Shown: positions 1 through 9,452 of the stretch, one piece after another
Numbering within the stretch: position 1 is the first letter of the stretch
Layout of the letters: each line of letters begins with the position of its first letter
Assembly (NCBI GenBank): GCA_963703315.1
Contig: OY969811.1
Location: 3,616,001 to 3,680,000 of the forward strand
DNA length: 64,000 nt
Direction of reading: 5' to 3'
Source of the DNA: an uncultured cyanobacterium
Lineage (GTDB): Bacteria > Cyanobacteriota > Cyanobacteriia > Pseudanabaenales > Pseudanabaenaceae
Made by a program: the position numbers and the translations under genes
The notes under the pieces: model-generated
The model's input: the letters and a program-made list of their open reading frames with translations, nothing else
What the model was told of the DNA's origin: nothing
The model's database searches: none

Positions 1-298
1 CCATTTCACGCACATCACTCAAGGCGTACGTCGTGGCGGCTCGGCGGCGATGGACTTAGCCTATGTCGCCTGTGGTCGCTTAGATGGCTATTGGGAGCGT
101 GGTTTGTCCTTGTGGGACTTAGCGGCGGGTGTGGTTATTGTCCGTGAGGCTGGCGGGATTGTCACTGCCTATGATGGCAGTGACCATATTCCCAAATCGG
201 GAAGATTGCTCGCGACTAATGGTCATTTGCATGAGCAAATGATTGCGGAGTTAGCACTGATTAAACCTTTACCGTTTAAATTTCCCTTTGGTCGCTAG
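1..298 (+). CDS. suhB: Inositol monophosphatase family protein, C-terminal part (5' partial)
   Basis: Frame open from window start (HFTHITQGVRRGGSAAMDLAYVACGRLDGYWE...WDLAAG); IMPase motifs. Confidence 0.85.
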   Translation, partial: HFTHITQGVRRGGSAAMDLAYVACGRLDGYWERGLSLWDLAAGVVIVREAGGIVTAYDGSDHIPKSGRLLATNGHLHEQMIAELALIKPLPFKFPFGR

Positions 299-355
299 TT
301 ACAGTCCCCCTAGAAAGATTTTTAAAAGTCTTCCTTCATAATCCTTTCTAGATTT

Positions 356-470
356 TATAGCCAGAGCCAAGCAAGTTAAGACATAAAAACCAAAAGAGAG
401 TTGCGGCGCGATGCGCCGCAACTCTCTTTTGGTTTTTGGTTTTGTCCTAACATAACTGACTACAGCTATA
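356..470. mobile_element. MITE/small dispersed repeat with TATAGC...GCTATA ends and a central 25-bp-arm hairpin
   Basis: Terminal inverted hexamers; perfect hairpin 385-437 (loop GAT); inverted related copy at 11097. Confidence 0.65.
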
Positions 471-589
471 AGTAAGCGCAAAGCGCTGTATCTTTACAAT
501 CTGTGATTACGTCTAAAGCGAAGATAGTAGTAAAAAAACAATAAAAATTTGTGATATTCTTGAATTTATTCGTTGTTAAAAAGTAAATA

Positions 590-1080
590 ATGATTCGCTT
601 AATTGGCTTGGGGTTATTCTTTTTTGGCTTTTGGTTTATTGGACAAAATATTATTTTTACCTCGCAAATATCATTCTTTACCTTTCGAGGCATAGCCGCA
701 GGGGGAAGTATTATTTTGTTGATTGGGGGGATTTCGACATATTTATTTGGTAGCGGCAGTAGCCGTAACGCAGGGCTAGTAATGCTTTTCTTGTCGGCTG
801 TCCTGATATTTATGAGCGGTGTGATTATCATTAACCCAACGTCACTAGCTGAAATATTTGGGGAAGTATTATTTTGTTGATTGGGGGGATTTCGACATAT
901 TTATTTGGTAGCGGCAGTAGCCGTAACGCAGGGCTAGTAATGCTTTTCTTGTCGGCTGTCCTGATATTTATGAGCGGTGTGATTATCATTAACCCAACGT
1001 CACTAGCTGAAATATTTATTGGCATTGCTGCCATGATTTTTGGGGGTAGGATGATTACAAGCGGTCGCTATGATATTTAG
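590..1080 (+). pseudogene. Small membrane protein gene split by a 158-bp tandem duplication (or assembly artefact)
   Basis: ORFs 590-880 and 874-1080 share an identical peptide; removing one copy restores a 110-aa hydrophobic ORF. Confidence 0.75.
702..1017 (+). repeat. Perfect 158-bp tandem duplication
   Basis: 702-859 is identical to 860-1017. Confidence 0.95.
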
Positions 1081-1104
1081 ATGTGATATTTGAGAGTCGA
1101 AGCT

Positions 1105-1209
1105 ATGACTTTTGAAGAGATGCAATCGGTAATAGCAGGAATGTTGGAAGTTCAGCGTAACCTGCAAGAAAGTCAGCTAAGAGACCGTCAAGATATTTTG
1201 CTTTTCTAG
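1105..1209 (+). CDS. 34-aa coiled-coil-like ORF, possibly a truncated gene
   Basis: MTFEEMQSVIAGMLEVQRNLQESQLRDRQDILLF*; translated by hand, below the ORF-track cutoff. Confidence 0.35.
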   Translation: MTFEEMQSVIAGMLEVQRNLQESQLRDRQDILLF

Positions 1210-1234
1210 AACGCAAAAGGGCTGAGAGGGATAG

Positions 1235-1543
1235 ATGAGTAAGTCCAATCGATTCTTGTTATTGGTAATATTGGGTCTTGCGATCGCGGTGATTGGTAGT
1301 CACTTTTTGACTATAGTTTTGGCGATTTCCTTGATGTTACTTACCTACGCGATGCCTCTGTTGATTGTCTTGGCACTGCTAGTACTTGGGTGGAAATTAG
1401 TACTAAGTGAGGGTAAACAAGAAGAGCGATCGCAAATAGAAGCAATTAAGAGCGCCAAGCCTGAGAGTCACTTAGATATTGAACGTGAGATAAATCGACT
1501 CAAACATCAGATAGGACAGATGCATAAAAAAGATAAGCCATAA
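1235..1543 (+). CDS. Hypothetical membrane protein
   Basis: Hydrophobic N-terminal half, charged C-terminus; GAGAGG upstream. Confidence 0.7.
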   Translation: MSKSNRFLLLVILGLAIAVIGSHFLTIVLAISLMLLTYAMPLLIVLALLVLGWKLVLSEGKQEERSQIEAIKSAKPESHLDIEREINRLKHQIGQMHKKDKP

Positions 1544-1556
1544 ACTTAGTTACAAG

Positions 1557-2549
1557 TCACAATCTTTGCATGAGATAGCAGAGGCAGTCTTGGCGCACAA
1601 TGTCGGTATTGAGGGTGAGCATTGACGGCATTACAGGAACTTTTAAAATAATTTCACCATTTTCAATTTGAAAAAAGCGATCGCTTTTTTCTTCCCCATC
1701 TTCACTCACGGCTAATAAATAGGCTTTATCAGTTTTGGCTTTACCAAATTTTGCCCCAACTGGTAATTCGCAAAAATTTAAGCAATCCATGCCGTCAGGG
1801 AAAGTAATGTCATCATCAGGCTCACTCGTAAAGCTGAAATTAATCTCTTTAGAGACTTTGACGATCGCCACTGTGTGAAACAAATCAATATCGGCGATCG
1901 CGGAATCAGGCAAGTTATCGAAACTATCAAGATTGAGACAAGTTTCTACATATTCCAAAGCATGAGATGTGCCATCAGCAACATCGGGCTGTCCGCACTC
2001 TACAACGATCGCAGGACAAAACTCACCAAAGGCGTAAGACTGGACGGTTTTAGGACTAGTGTAATGCACCACGATTTTGCTAAATAATCGTGCAAGGTGA
2101 CGAGAATGCGTATCTAAGCGTGTAATGCATCCATAATGAGGATTTCTCCCCGTATTGTTGTGAATATCAATACTGGCAAATACGCCTCGTGATTGCATTT
2201 CTGCAATTACCTGTCTCGCCATTAGTTGCTCTGGTGATTCTCCCCCTTGCCAAATGCGATTATAGTCAGGCTGATGCGGTAAATGTCTTTGGCGATATCT
2301 CGCAGCTTCGATATTACCGATAAAGACCGAAAGCGATCGCGGTAATTTGCGGTTTTGATACTTACGCAGTAATTCCCGCATCGCTAGCCAACTAGTTGTT
2401 TCATTACCATGTAACAAAATCGAAACAAACAATGGTGGTTGGCGATCGCCTTCTAGGTGGATCAGTGTCGGCTGTTTGAGTAACTGCCAAAGTTGAGTAG
2501 ATTCAAGGTCTAATAATCCGTCGGGTATGCGATCGATGACATCAAGCAT
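1557..2549 (-). CDS. M14-like succinylglutamate desuccinylase/aspartoacylase family metallopeptidase
   Basis: LLHGNE, DYNR, IDIHNN and VECG motifs. Confidence 0.8.
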   Translation of the reverse strand: MLDVIDRIPDGLLDLESTQLWQLLKQPTLIHLEGDRQPPLFVSILLHGNETTSWLAMRELLRKYQNRKLPRSLSVFIGNIEAARYRQRHLPHQPDYNRIWQGGESPEQLMARQVIAEMQSRGVFASIDIHNNTGRNPHYGCITRLDTHSRHLARLFSKIVVHYTSPKTVQSYAFGEFCPAIVVECGQPDVADGTSHALEYVETCLNLDSFDNLPDSAIADIDLFHTVAIVKVSKEINFSFTSEPDDDITFPDGMDCLNFCELPVGAKFGKAKTDKAYLLAVSEDGEEKSDRFFQIENGEIILKVPVMPSMLTLNTDIVRQDCLCYLMQRL

Positions 2550-2597
2550 AAAAAATTTATCTATAAAGAAGCAACGCTAAGCGCTGTCTCTAATTAA

Positions 2598-2672
2598 AAC
2601 AAAAGGCACGCATAGCGTGCCTTTTGTTGTTTGTAAAAGCTAATTTAGGCGTGTCAATTGACACGCCTAAAT
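2598..2672. repeat. Two adjacent palindromes downstream of psaC (terminator or REP-like)
   Basis: AACAAAAGGCACGC-ATA-GCGTGCCTTTTGTT (2598-2628) and a perfect 30-bp palindrome (2643-2672). Confidence 0.6.
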
Positions 2673-2795
2673 CTAAATGCAGGATAAAGAATAATTGCAC
2701 TTAAAGAAAAATAAACAAGAATCTAGCTTAATTAAAAATTAGAAATCAAGAATTAAAAATCTACAATTCGTAATTCGTAATTAAATAATTTGTAA

Positions 2796-3074
<279 letters not shown>

Positions 3075-3334
3075 TTAGGCACGGGATGTTTAAAACCAAG
3101 TTTATCGTAGTGGTTTACATTCGATGATCAGATTGTGAGATAACTTAAAACAAATTAATATTTGAGTCTGTAATCAAGTTTTTGCCCCAATTTCATATAA
3201 CTTGAACCAATATTCAAAAAGGTGGGGCGGTGCAATGTGCCGTCCCACCTTTTTATATTTTGAGGCGATCGCTCAAACAAACTATGCAAGACTTTAATAA
3301 TTAAATAAATTGAAACGTTAATAAAAATCTTCCT

Positions 3335-4498
3335 ATGAAACGCATTACCCTGCTTGGCTCCACTGGCTCGATTGGTACACAAACACTAGACATTGTTGCC
3401 GAGTATCCTGAAAAATTTCAGGTGGTGGGAATGACGGCAGGAGGAAATATCGAACTGCTTGCGAAACAAATTCGCCAGTTTCAACCCGAAATTGTGGCGA
3501 TCGCTAGTGAAAAAAAGCTTTCTGAACTGAAAGAGGCGATCGCCGATCTAGCAGTAAAGCCCATCATGCTAGCAGGAGCCGAAGGAGTAGAGACTGTGGC
3601 TGCTTATGGGGATTCGGAAGCCGTAGTTACAGGAATTGTCGGCTGTGCAGGGCTATTACCAACGATCGCTGCTATTAAAGCAGGTAAAAATATTGCCCTA
3701 GCCAATAAAGAGACATTAATCGCAGGTGGTGAAGTAGTTGTGCCACTGGTGAAAAAACATGGCGTGAAGCTTTTACCTGCGGATTCTGAACATTCGGCAA
3801 TTTTTCAATGTTTACAAGGAGTTCCTGAAGGCGGACTGCGACGAATTATTCTCACAGCTTCAGGTGGTGCATTTCGCGATCGCCCCACCGAAGAACTCGC
3901 ATCTGTCACTGTAGCTGATGCTCTCAAGCATCCCAACTGGGCAATGGGCAAAAAAATTACGATTGATTCCGCAACCTTAATGAATAAAGGTTTGGAAGTC
4001 ATCGAAGCGCATTATCTCTTTGGTGTTGATTACGACAAAATCGAAATTGTAATTCATCCCCAAAGTATTATCCATTCTCTAATTGAATTGGAAGATACTT
4101 CTGTATTAGCACAACTAGGCATTCCTGATATGCGGTTGCCATTGCTTTATTCCCTGTCCTATCCCGATCGCATTCCGACGCAATGGGAACGCCTCGATCT
4201 TGTCAAATGCGGTACACTTACTTTCCGCGCCCCCGATCATCAGAAATACCCCTGTATGGATCTCGCCTACGCCGCAGGTCGCGCAGGGGGAACCATGCCT
4301 GCGGTGTTGAATGCTGCCAATGAGCAAGTGGTGGAATTATTCCTACAAGAGCGAATTCGCTATGTCCAGATTGCCGACTTGATTAAATATGTATGCGATC
4401 GGCATAATTGTGTTTCTAAGCCAGAGCTTGAAGATATTCTCGAAGCCGATAGATGGGCGAGAAATGTAGTAGTTGAGCAAGTATTGTCTAAAGTGTAG
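3335..4498 (+). CDS. dxr: 1-deoxy-D-xylulose-5-phosphate reductoisomerase
   Basis: GSTGSIG, LANKE, PADSEH, HPNWAMG and NKGLEVIEA motifs. Confidence 0.98.
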   Translation: MKRITLLGSTGSIGTQTLDIVAEYPEKFQVVGMTAGGNIELLAKQIRQFQPEIVAIASEKKLSELKEAIADLAVKPIMLAGAEGVETVAAYGDSEAVVTGIVGCAGLLPTIAAIKAGKNIALANKETLIAGGEVVVPLVKKHGVKLLPADSEHSAIFQCLQGVPEGGLRRIILTASGGAFRDRPTEELASVTVADALKHPNWAMGKKITIDSATLMNKGLEVIEAHYLFGVDYDKIEIVIHPQSIIHSLIELEDTSVLAQLGIPDMRLPLLYSLSYPDRIPTQWERLDLVKCGTLTFRAPDHQKYPCMDLAYAAGRAGGTMPAVLNAANEQVVELFLQERIRYVQIADLIKYVCDRHNCVSKPELEDILEADRWARNVVVEQVLSKV

Positions 4499-4567
4499 CT
4501 ATTCATAACTTGCTCAGCTCAGCTTTTCGCAGTCGTAAAGCAAATAAAGCCTATTCAGGAGATAGTC

Positions 4568-4825
4568 ATGATTAACAATTTAACTGCTGAAGAAGAAGAT
4601 ATTCTGGCTAGTTATGAGCGTGGTGAGTGGCAATCAGTTAAAAATCTTCAGGAAGAAATGGACTCTTATCGTCAATCTGCTACTGCTTGGATGCAGAAAA
4701 ATCACACAATTAGTCTCACCTTACCAGAACAAGAGTTTGAGCAATTTCAGCAGAAAGTACTCAGTACAGGTGAATCTTCACAAACTGTCTTGATAAATCT
4801 AATTCGACAATTTATTGCTTCCTAA
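4568..4825 (+). CDS. CopG/ribbon-helix-helix-like antitoxin family protein with no adjacent toxin
   Basis: N-terminal EEEDILASYERGEWQS and C-terminal beta-helix-helix pattern; AGGAG RBS. Confidence 0.55.
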   Translation: MINNLTAEEEDILASYERGEWQSVKNLQEEMDSYRQSATAWMQKNHTISLTLPEQEFEQFQQKVLSTGESSQTVLINLIRQFIAS

Positions 4826-4829
4826 AAAC

Positions 4830-4861
4830 AAAAAAGAGACTCGCCAAGCGAGTCTCTTTTT
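4830..4861. terminator. Bidirectional hairpin terminator
   Basis: A-tract, GAGACTCGC-CAA-GCGAGTCTC, T-tract between convergent genes. Confidence 0.7.
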
Positions 4862-5722
4862 CTATTTGGCGATCGCTGGTGGCATGATCACTTTAGTGGC
4901 TAAACCTAAAACTCTGAGTACTTGAATTGCCCACCAAGTAACATCAATCTCCCACCAACGCCAACCAGCCTTCGCCACATGGGGATAGGCATGATGATTA
5001 TTGTGCCAACCTTCGCCGTAGGTGACGATCGCTGCCCACCAGAGATTTCGGGAATTATCCTTAGTCTCGAAGGTGCGATAGCCCCACATATGCGTAACAG
5101 AATTAATAAACCAAGTGCTATGCCATAGCAAGACCGATCGCACACACATTCCCCAAATCACAAAAGACCAACCACCGAGAGCATATAACAAAACTCCCAA
5201 AGGGATTTGCAATAGTAGGTAATAACGATCTAGCCATAGATAGAAAGGATCTCGCGCCATTTCAGGGGCATATTTACGATATTTGGTCGGATCAAAAAAT
5301 TCTTCTTTGGGATAGAACAGCCACAATACATGACTCCACCAAAATCCTTTACGCGCCGAGTAAGGATCTTTTTCCACATCTTCTGTATGGGCATGGTGTA
5401 AGCGATGTCCTGCTACCCAAAAAATTGGTCCTCCCTGTACGGCGGCGGCTCCGACTAAGGCGATCGCATATTCTAGCCATTTCGGAACTTGAAAACTACG
5501 ATGACTCAGCAGACGGTGATATCCCAAACAAATTCCAATACTTCCTAAAAACCAATGTAATATTAGCGTCACTCCTAAAGCTGACCATGAGAAGAACCAA
5601 GGAGCTATTAGAGCTAAAGCATGAAAGATTGCAAAAAAGACAATTGGTGTCCAACTTAATTTTAGTGGTTCAGGCTTATTGTCACTAGATGGATAGATAA
5701 TGTCTGAAAATAGTCTGGTCAT
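4862..5722 (-). CDS. desC: Delta-9 acyl-lipid desaturase (DesC-like)
   Basis: His boxes HRLLSH, HRLHH, HNNHH; GEGWHNNHH. Confidence 0.85.
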   Translation of the reverse strand: MTRLFSDIIYPSSDNKPEPLKLSWTPIVFFAIFHALALIAPWFFSWSALGVTLILHWFLGSIGICLGYHRLLSHRSFQVPKWLEYAIALVGAAAVQGGPIFWVAGHRLHHAHTEDVEKDPYSARKGFWWSHVLWLFYPKEEFFDPTKYRKYAPEMARDPFYLWLDRYYLLLQIPLGVLLYALGGWSFVIWGMCVRSVLLWHSTWFINSVTHMWGYRTFETKDNSRNLWWAAIVTYGEGWHNNHHAYPHVAKAGWRWWEIDVTWWAIQVLRVLGLATKVIMPPAIAK

Positions 5723-5869
5723 AGTTTATAGCTAATATTTTGAATACAGAAATCTTGACTTTGCTATCTGCAAAATCAAACCTAAGAATGGTTGTGTTGG
5801 GACGATTGGTTTTAAGTAAGGCTACAAATCATCCCTTTTAGGACTAATGAAAATCTTTATATTGAGTGT

Positions 5870-6352
5870 TTAGTGAGCTTCAACAAAAGCCAATTCATTA
5901 CGTCCCTGCCAATTGCTACAAGCTTTTTGGAAACCATGTCGCGGGTCGTCTGGGTCAGCACAAGATTCATGAGAATTTGGACAATCTTTGCATTCAAGAT
6001 GTTGACTACAGTGATCAATCAATGGCAAGAGTTCGTCACGTAGTATTTGCAGTTGTTGGATTGTCTCTTCAATCATTCGGGCTTTTTTGAGGAGGGAGTC
6101 ATGTACAGCCTGACAAGCGGGGAACTTTCCGTCTCTAGCTGCCAATATTTCCCTAATATCATCTAAACTCAGCCCCATTGCCTTTGTCTGGCTGATAAAA
6201 GCTAAGCGATCTACATCCTCCTGACTAAACAAGCGATATCCTGCTTCAGTTCGATGAGGAGAAGGGATTAACCCAATCCGTTCATAGAAATAAAGTGTCT
6301 GAGGATTTAGACCCAATTTGCGAGAGACTTCACCAACTTGCAGCATTGCCAT
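5870..6352 (-). CDS. MerR-family metal-responsive transcriptional regulator
   Basis: TLYFYERIGLI...GYRLF HTH; Cys/His-rich C-terminus. ATG 6352 preferred because the longer ORF runs over the promoter. Confidence 0.88.
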   Translation of the reverse strand: MAMLQVGEVSRKLGLNPQTLYFYERIGLIPSPHRTEAGYRLFSQEDVDRLAFISQTKAMGLSLDDIREILAARDGKFPACQAVHDSLLKKARMIEETIQQLQILRDELLPLIDHCSQHLECKDCPNSHESCADPDDPRHGFQKACSNWQGRNELAFVEAH

Positions 6353-6380
6353 CTTTGCTTTTTCACATCCAACAGTTACA

Positions 6381-6412
6381 AGTCTAAACCTTATACTATG
6401 GTATAAGGTCAA
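6381..6412 (-). promoter_or_regulatory. MerR-type promoter/operator
   Basis: TTGACC-20 nt-TAGACT on the minus strand, with dyad ACCTTATAC-N4-GTATAAGGT (6388-6409) across the spacer. Confidence 0.8.
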
Positions 6413-6538
6413 GTGTTTTAGGTAAATTTCTTTATTGTAATGATGTTTTTGCGTAAGTCCTTGTAGCGATCGCTACTCCGAATTTCAGTTGTTGGTATCC
6501 TATGTTGGTATCCTAGAAGAAGAAATTGAGAGGACGTT

Positions 6539-7120
6539 ATGGTTGTAACAACGAAACTTGTCGCAATGCCTACGCCAGTTAAGTACCGCCTCAACGTCGA
6601 GCAGTACTACAAAATGGCGGAAGTTGGCATTTTAGGAATAGAGCAACGTACCGAATTAATTGAAGGAGAAATCATTGAAATGTCTGCAATTGGAACAAAA
6701 CACGCGATTTGTGTTTCCAATCTCTCAGAGTTATTAACTTTACGCACTATTCAAATAGCTCATGTACGTCAGCAAAATCCTGTGCATTTAAGCGATCGCT
6801 CTGAACCACAGCCTGATATTGCGCTAGTAAAACGCCCCAGTAGCTTATATGCAGATTGTCATCCTACACCTGATGATATTTTCCTGTTAATCGAAGTTTC
6901 TGATTCTACTTTGAAGTACGATCGCGAAGTTAAGATTCCACTCTATGCTAAAGCTGGTATTTCTGAAGTATGGATTGCCAATATCGAAGAACAAATATTT
7001 GAAGTTTATAAATCGCCAAATCAGGATCGTTATGAGCAGGTGCAGAATTACGGAAAGGGTGAAATGATTTCAATGAGTATGTTTACGGATATTGCGATCG
7101 CCGTTGATGAAGTTTTTTAA
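6539..7120 (+). CDS. Uma2 (DUF820) family PD-(D/E)XK endonuclease-like protein
   Basis: ELIEGEIIEM, EPQPDIAL, LIEVSDSTLKYDREVKIPLYA motifs. Confidence 0.9.
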   Translation: MVVTTKLVAMPTPVKYRLNVEQYYKMAEVGILGIEQRTELIEGEIIEMSAIGTKHAICVSNLSELLTLRTIQIAHVRQQNPVHLSDRSEPQPDIALVKRPSSLYADCHPTPDDIFLLIEVSDSTLKYDREVKIPLYAKAGISEVWIANIEEQIFEVYKSPNQDRYEQVQNYGKGEMISMSMFTDIAIAVDEVF

Positions 7121-7177
7121 TTAATGTCGGTCGTGATCATTCTGTATAGCCAAGTAAAATGCGATCTTAAGCTGCGA

Positions 7178-7774
7178 CTAAAAGCCATAGGCAATTTTTT
7201 TCGCTTGATCGAAATAAATCTTTTTACTGTCAAGAAGGTTCTGATAAACTTCATTTATTACAGGAGTTAATTCTTTTAAACCTAACTGTGCTTTGATATA
7301 GTTTTTTAATGTAGATTCAGATTTAGGTCTACATTTTTTATCAATTAATGTGAGTTTTTGAATTATTATTTGGCATATTTCTTCTAAGGACATCTTATTA
7401 TTCCATAATAAATTGGTAATTAAAGAAATGTCTTCTTTTCGACTGCAAAATACTTTTTGATTTTTTAAATAAATAATTAATGGGTCAAATCCCGTATCCT
7501 TAGAAATGATGTGAAAGAATCCTTCTGGTTCTTTTTGAACTAATTTACCTAAAACAAAGGTAATGTGAAAGTCAAGAGCATTTTTCCCACTTCCGTTAAT
7601 TTGAATCCATTCAACTTGATTACCTAGTTCTTGTGATTTTAAAACTAAATCAATAGGAACTTTTGTTTGATTCGTACCAATAAATATTTTGATAAAGAAA
7701 GTTTTCTCTTTAAGACAAGTTAGATCTATGTTTTGGACATTTTCATAGTCTACTAAGATGTAATTGTTTTTCAT
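7178..7774 (-). CDS. PIN-like domain protein
   Basis: ILVDYENVQ, GKNALDFHI, IISKDTGFDPL motifs; AT-rich. Confidence 0.8.
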   Translation of the reverse strand: MKNNYILVDYENVQNIDLTCLKEKTFFIKIFIGTNQTKVPIDLVLKSQELGNQVEWIQINGSGKNALDFHITFVLGKLVQKEPEGFFHIISKDTGFDPLIIYLKNQKVFCSRKEDISLITNLLWNNKMSLEEICQIIIQKLTLIDKKCRPKSESTLKNYIKAQLGLKELTPVINEVYQNLLDSKKIYFDQAKKIAYGF

Positions 7775-8029
7775 TGAAAATTAGATATAGGATTGATTGT
7801 GATTTTAAAACGAATATTTAGCTTAACAGATAAATGATCGCTATTGTGATGAATAAATAGCTCAAAGTGCTGTTTTTTTATCATGAATCGTAAATTAAGT
7901 TGAATTATCGGTATATTTGGTGATCGCAAGGCTTAAGATCTTATACATATAAACATTGATATAGCAAGTTTGAGCTTACCTATCGCAAGTTCAAATTTGA
8001 TGTAGCTTTTCAGGAATGGAGAAAAGATC

Positions 8030-9394
8030 ATGGCGATCGCATCAATAAATCCTGTAACGGGCGAAGTGTTAAAGACTTTCGAGCCTTTGACGGATCAGGA
8101 ACTTGAACAAAAGCTGGCACTTGCCGATCGCACTTTTGCGACTTATAAACATACTAGTTTTAGCGATCGCACTCAGTGGCTCAACCAAACTGCCCAAATC
8201 CTTGAGGCAAGAAAAACGGAATTGGGGATCATCATGACCCTCGAAATGGGGAAGACCCTAAAAAGCGCGATCGCCGAAGTGGAGAAATGTGCTAATCTCT
8301 GTCGTTTTTATGCAGAACAAGCCCCCAAGTTTTTAGCTGATACTCCCGCCCAAACTGATGCTAGTCGGACAATCATTCGCTATCAACCGTTAGGAATTAT
8401 TCTGGCAGTGATGCCTTGGAACTTTCCCTTTTGGCAAGTATTCCGTTTTGCCGTGCCTGCGCTGATGGCGGGGAATGTGGGACTACTCAAACACGCCTCG
8501 AATGTGCCGCAATGTGCCTTAGCGATCGCGGAAATCTTTCATGCAGCAGGTGTGCCTGAAGGAGCTTTTCAAACTTTGCTGATTGGGGCGGATCGCGTGG
8601 CAAATTTGGTTGCTGATAGTCGGATTAAAGCCGCTACTTTAACAGGCAGTGAACCTGCTGGGCAGAGTCTGGCAGCGATCGCAGGGCATCATCTCAAAAA
8701 AGTGGTGCTAGAACTAGGGGGCAGCGATCCGTTTATTGTTCTTAAAAGTGCAGATTTAGAATTAGCTGTCAGCACAGCCGTTACGGCGCGAGTAATGAAC
8801 AATGGACAGACCTGCATTGCGGCGAAACGTTTCATTCTTGAAGAGGCGATCGCCGATCAATTCATTGCCAAATTTGTAGAGAAGTTTAAAGCTCTAAAAG
8901 TTGGTGATCCGATGCAGCCTGAAACCGATGTCGGACCTCTTGCTACACCACAGATTTTAAATGAATTGGAGTTGCAAGTAAAAACTACGGTGGACTTAGG
9001 CGCAAAAGTACTAGTTGGTGGTTATCGCCTCAAGGACAAGGGTAATTTCTATGCGCCGACAATCTTGGCAGAAATTCCCTTTGGTGCGCCCCCCTACCAT
9101 GAGGAATTTTTTGGTCCTGTTGCGTCCATATTTCGAGTGAAGAATTTGCACGAGGCGATCGCCCTTGCTAATAGTACTAGTTTTGGCTTGGGTGCTAGCT
9201 TTTGGAGTAATGACCACCAAGAAATAGAAGAGGCGATCGAACAAATCGAAGCGGGGGCAGTCTTTGTGAATGGTATGGTCAAATCCGATCCCCGTGTTCC
9301 TTTTGGGGGCATCAAGCGATCGGGCTTTGGGCGGGAGCTAGGCATCGAAGGTATTCGCGAATTTGTGAATATCAAAACTATTTGGATCAAGTAA
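8030..9394 (+). CDS. ssaD: NAD(P)-dependent succinate-semialdehyde dehydrogenase
   Basis: [28 protein letters not shown]; adjacent to the ThDP decarboxylase gene. Confidence 0.85.
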   Translation: MAIASINPVTGEVLKTFEPLTDQELEQKLALADRTFATYKHTSFSDRTQWLNQTAQILEARKTELGIIMTLEMGKTLKSAIAEVEKCANLCRFYAEQAPKFLADTPAQTDASRTIIRYQPLGIILAVMPWNFPFWQVFRFAVPALMAGNVGLLKHASNVPQCALAIAEIFHAAGVPEGAFQTLLIGADRVANLVADSRIKAATLTGSEPAGQSLAAIAGHHLKKVVLELGGSDPFIVLKSADLELAVSTAVTARVMNNGQTCIAAKRFILEEAIADQFIAKFVEKFKALKVGDPMQPETDVGPLATPQILNELELQVKTTVDLGAKVLVGGYRLKDKGNFYAPTILAEIPFGAPPYHEEFFGPVASIFRVKNLHEAIALANSTSFGLGASFWSNDHQEIEEAIEQIEAGAVFVNGMVKSDPRVPFGGIKRSGFGRELGIEGIREFVNIKTIWIK

Positions 9395-9452
9395 AACCTA
9401 TTCAGATTCCCACTCTTTGTGTGCGAGTCTAAACTTAATTTTTGAGGAACCT

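Noticed and set aside
299..481. 60-aa ORF, and similar ORFs at 11005-11193 and 58680-58877
   Set aside because: They are translations of the hairpin repeat elements.
2725..2795. Heptamer-like AT-rich repeats (AATTCGT), also AAAAGCT-like runs at 34684-34715
   Set aside because: Short, degenerate STRR-type repeats common in filamentous cyanobacteria; no further structure.
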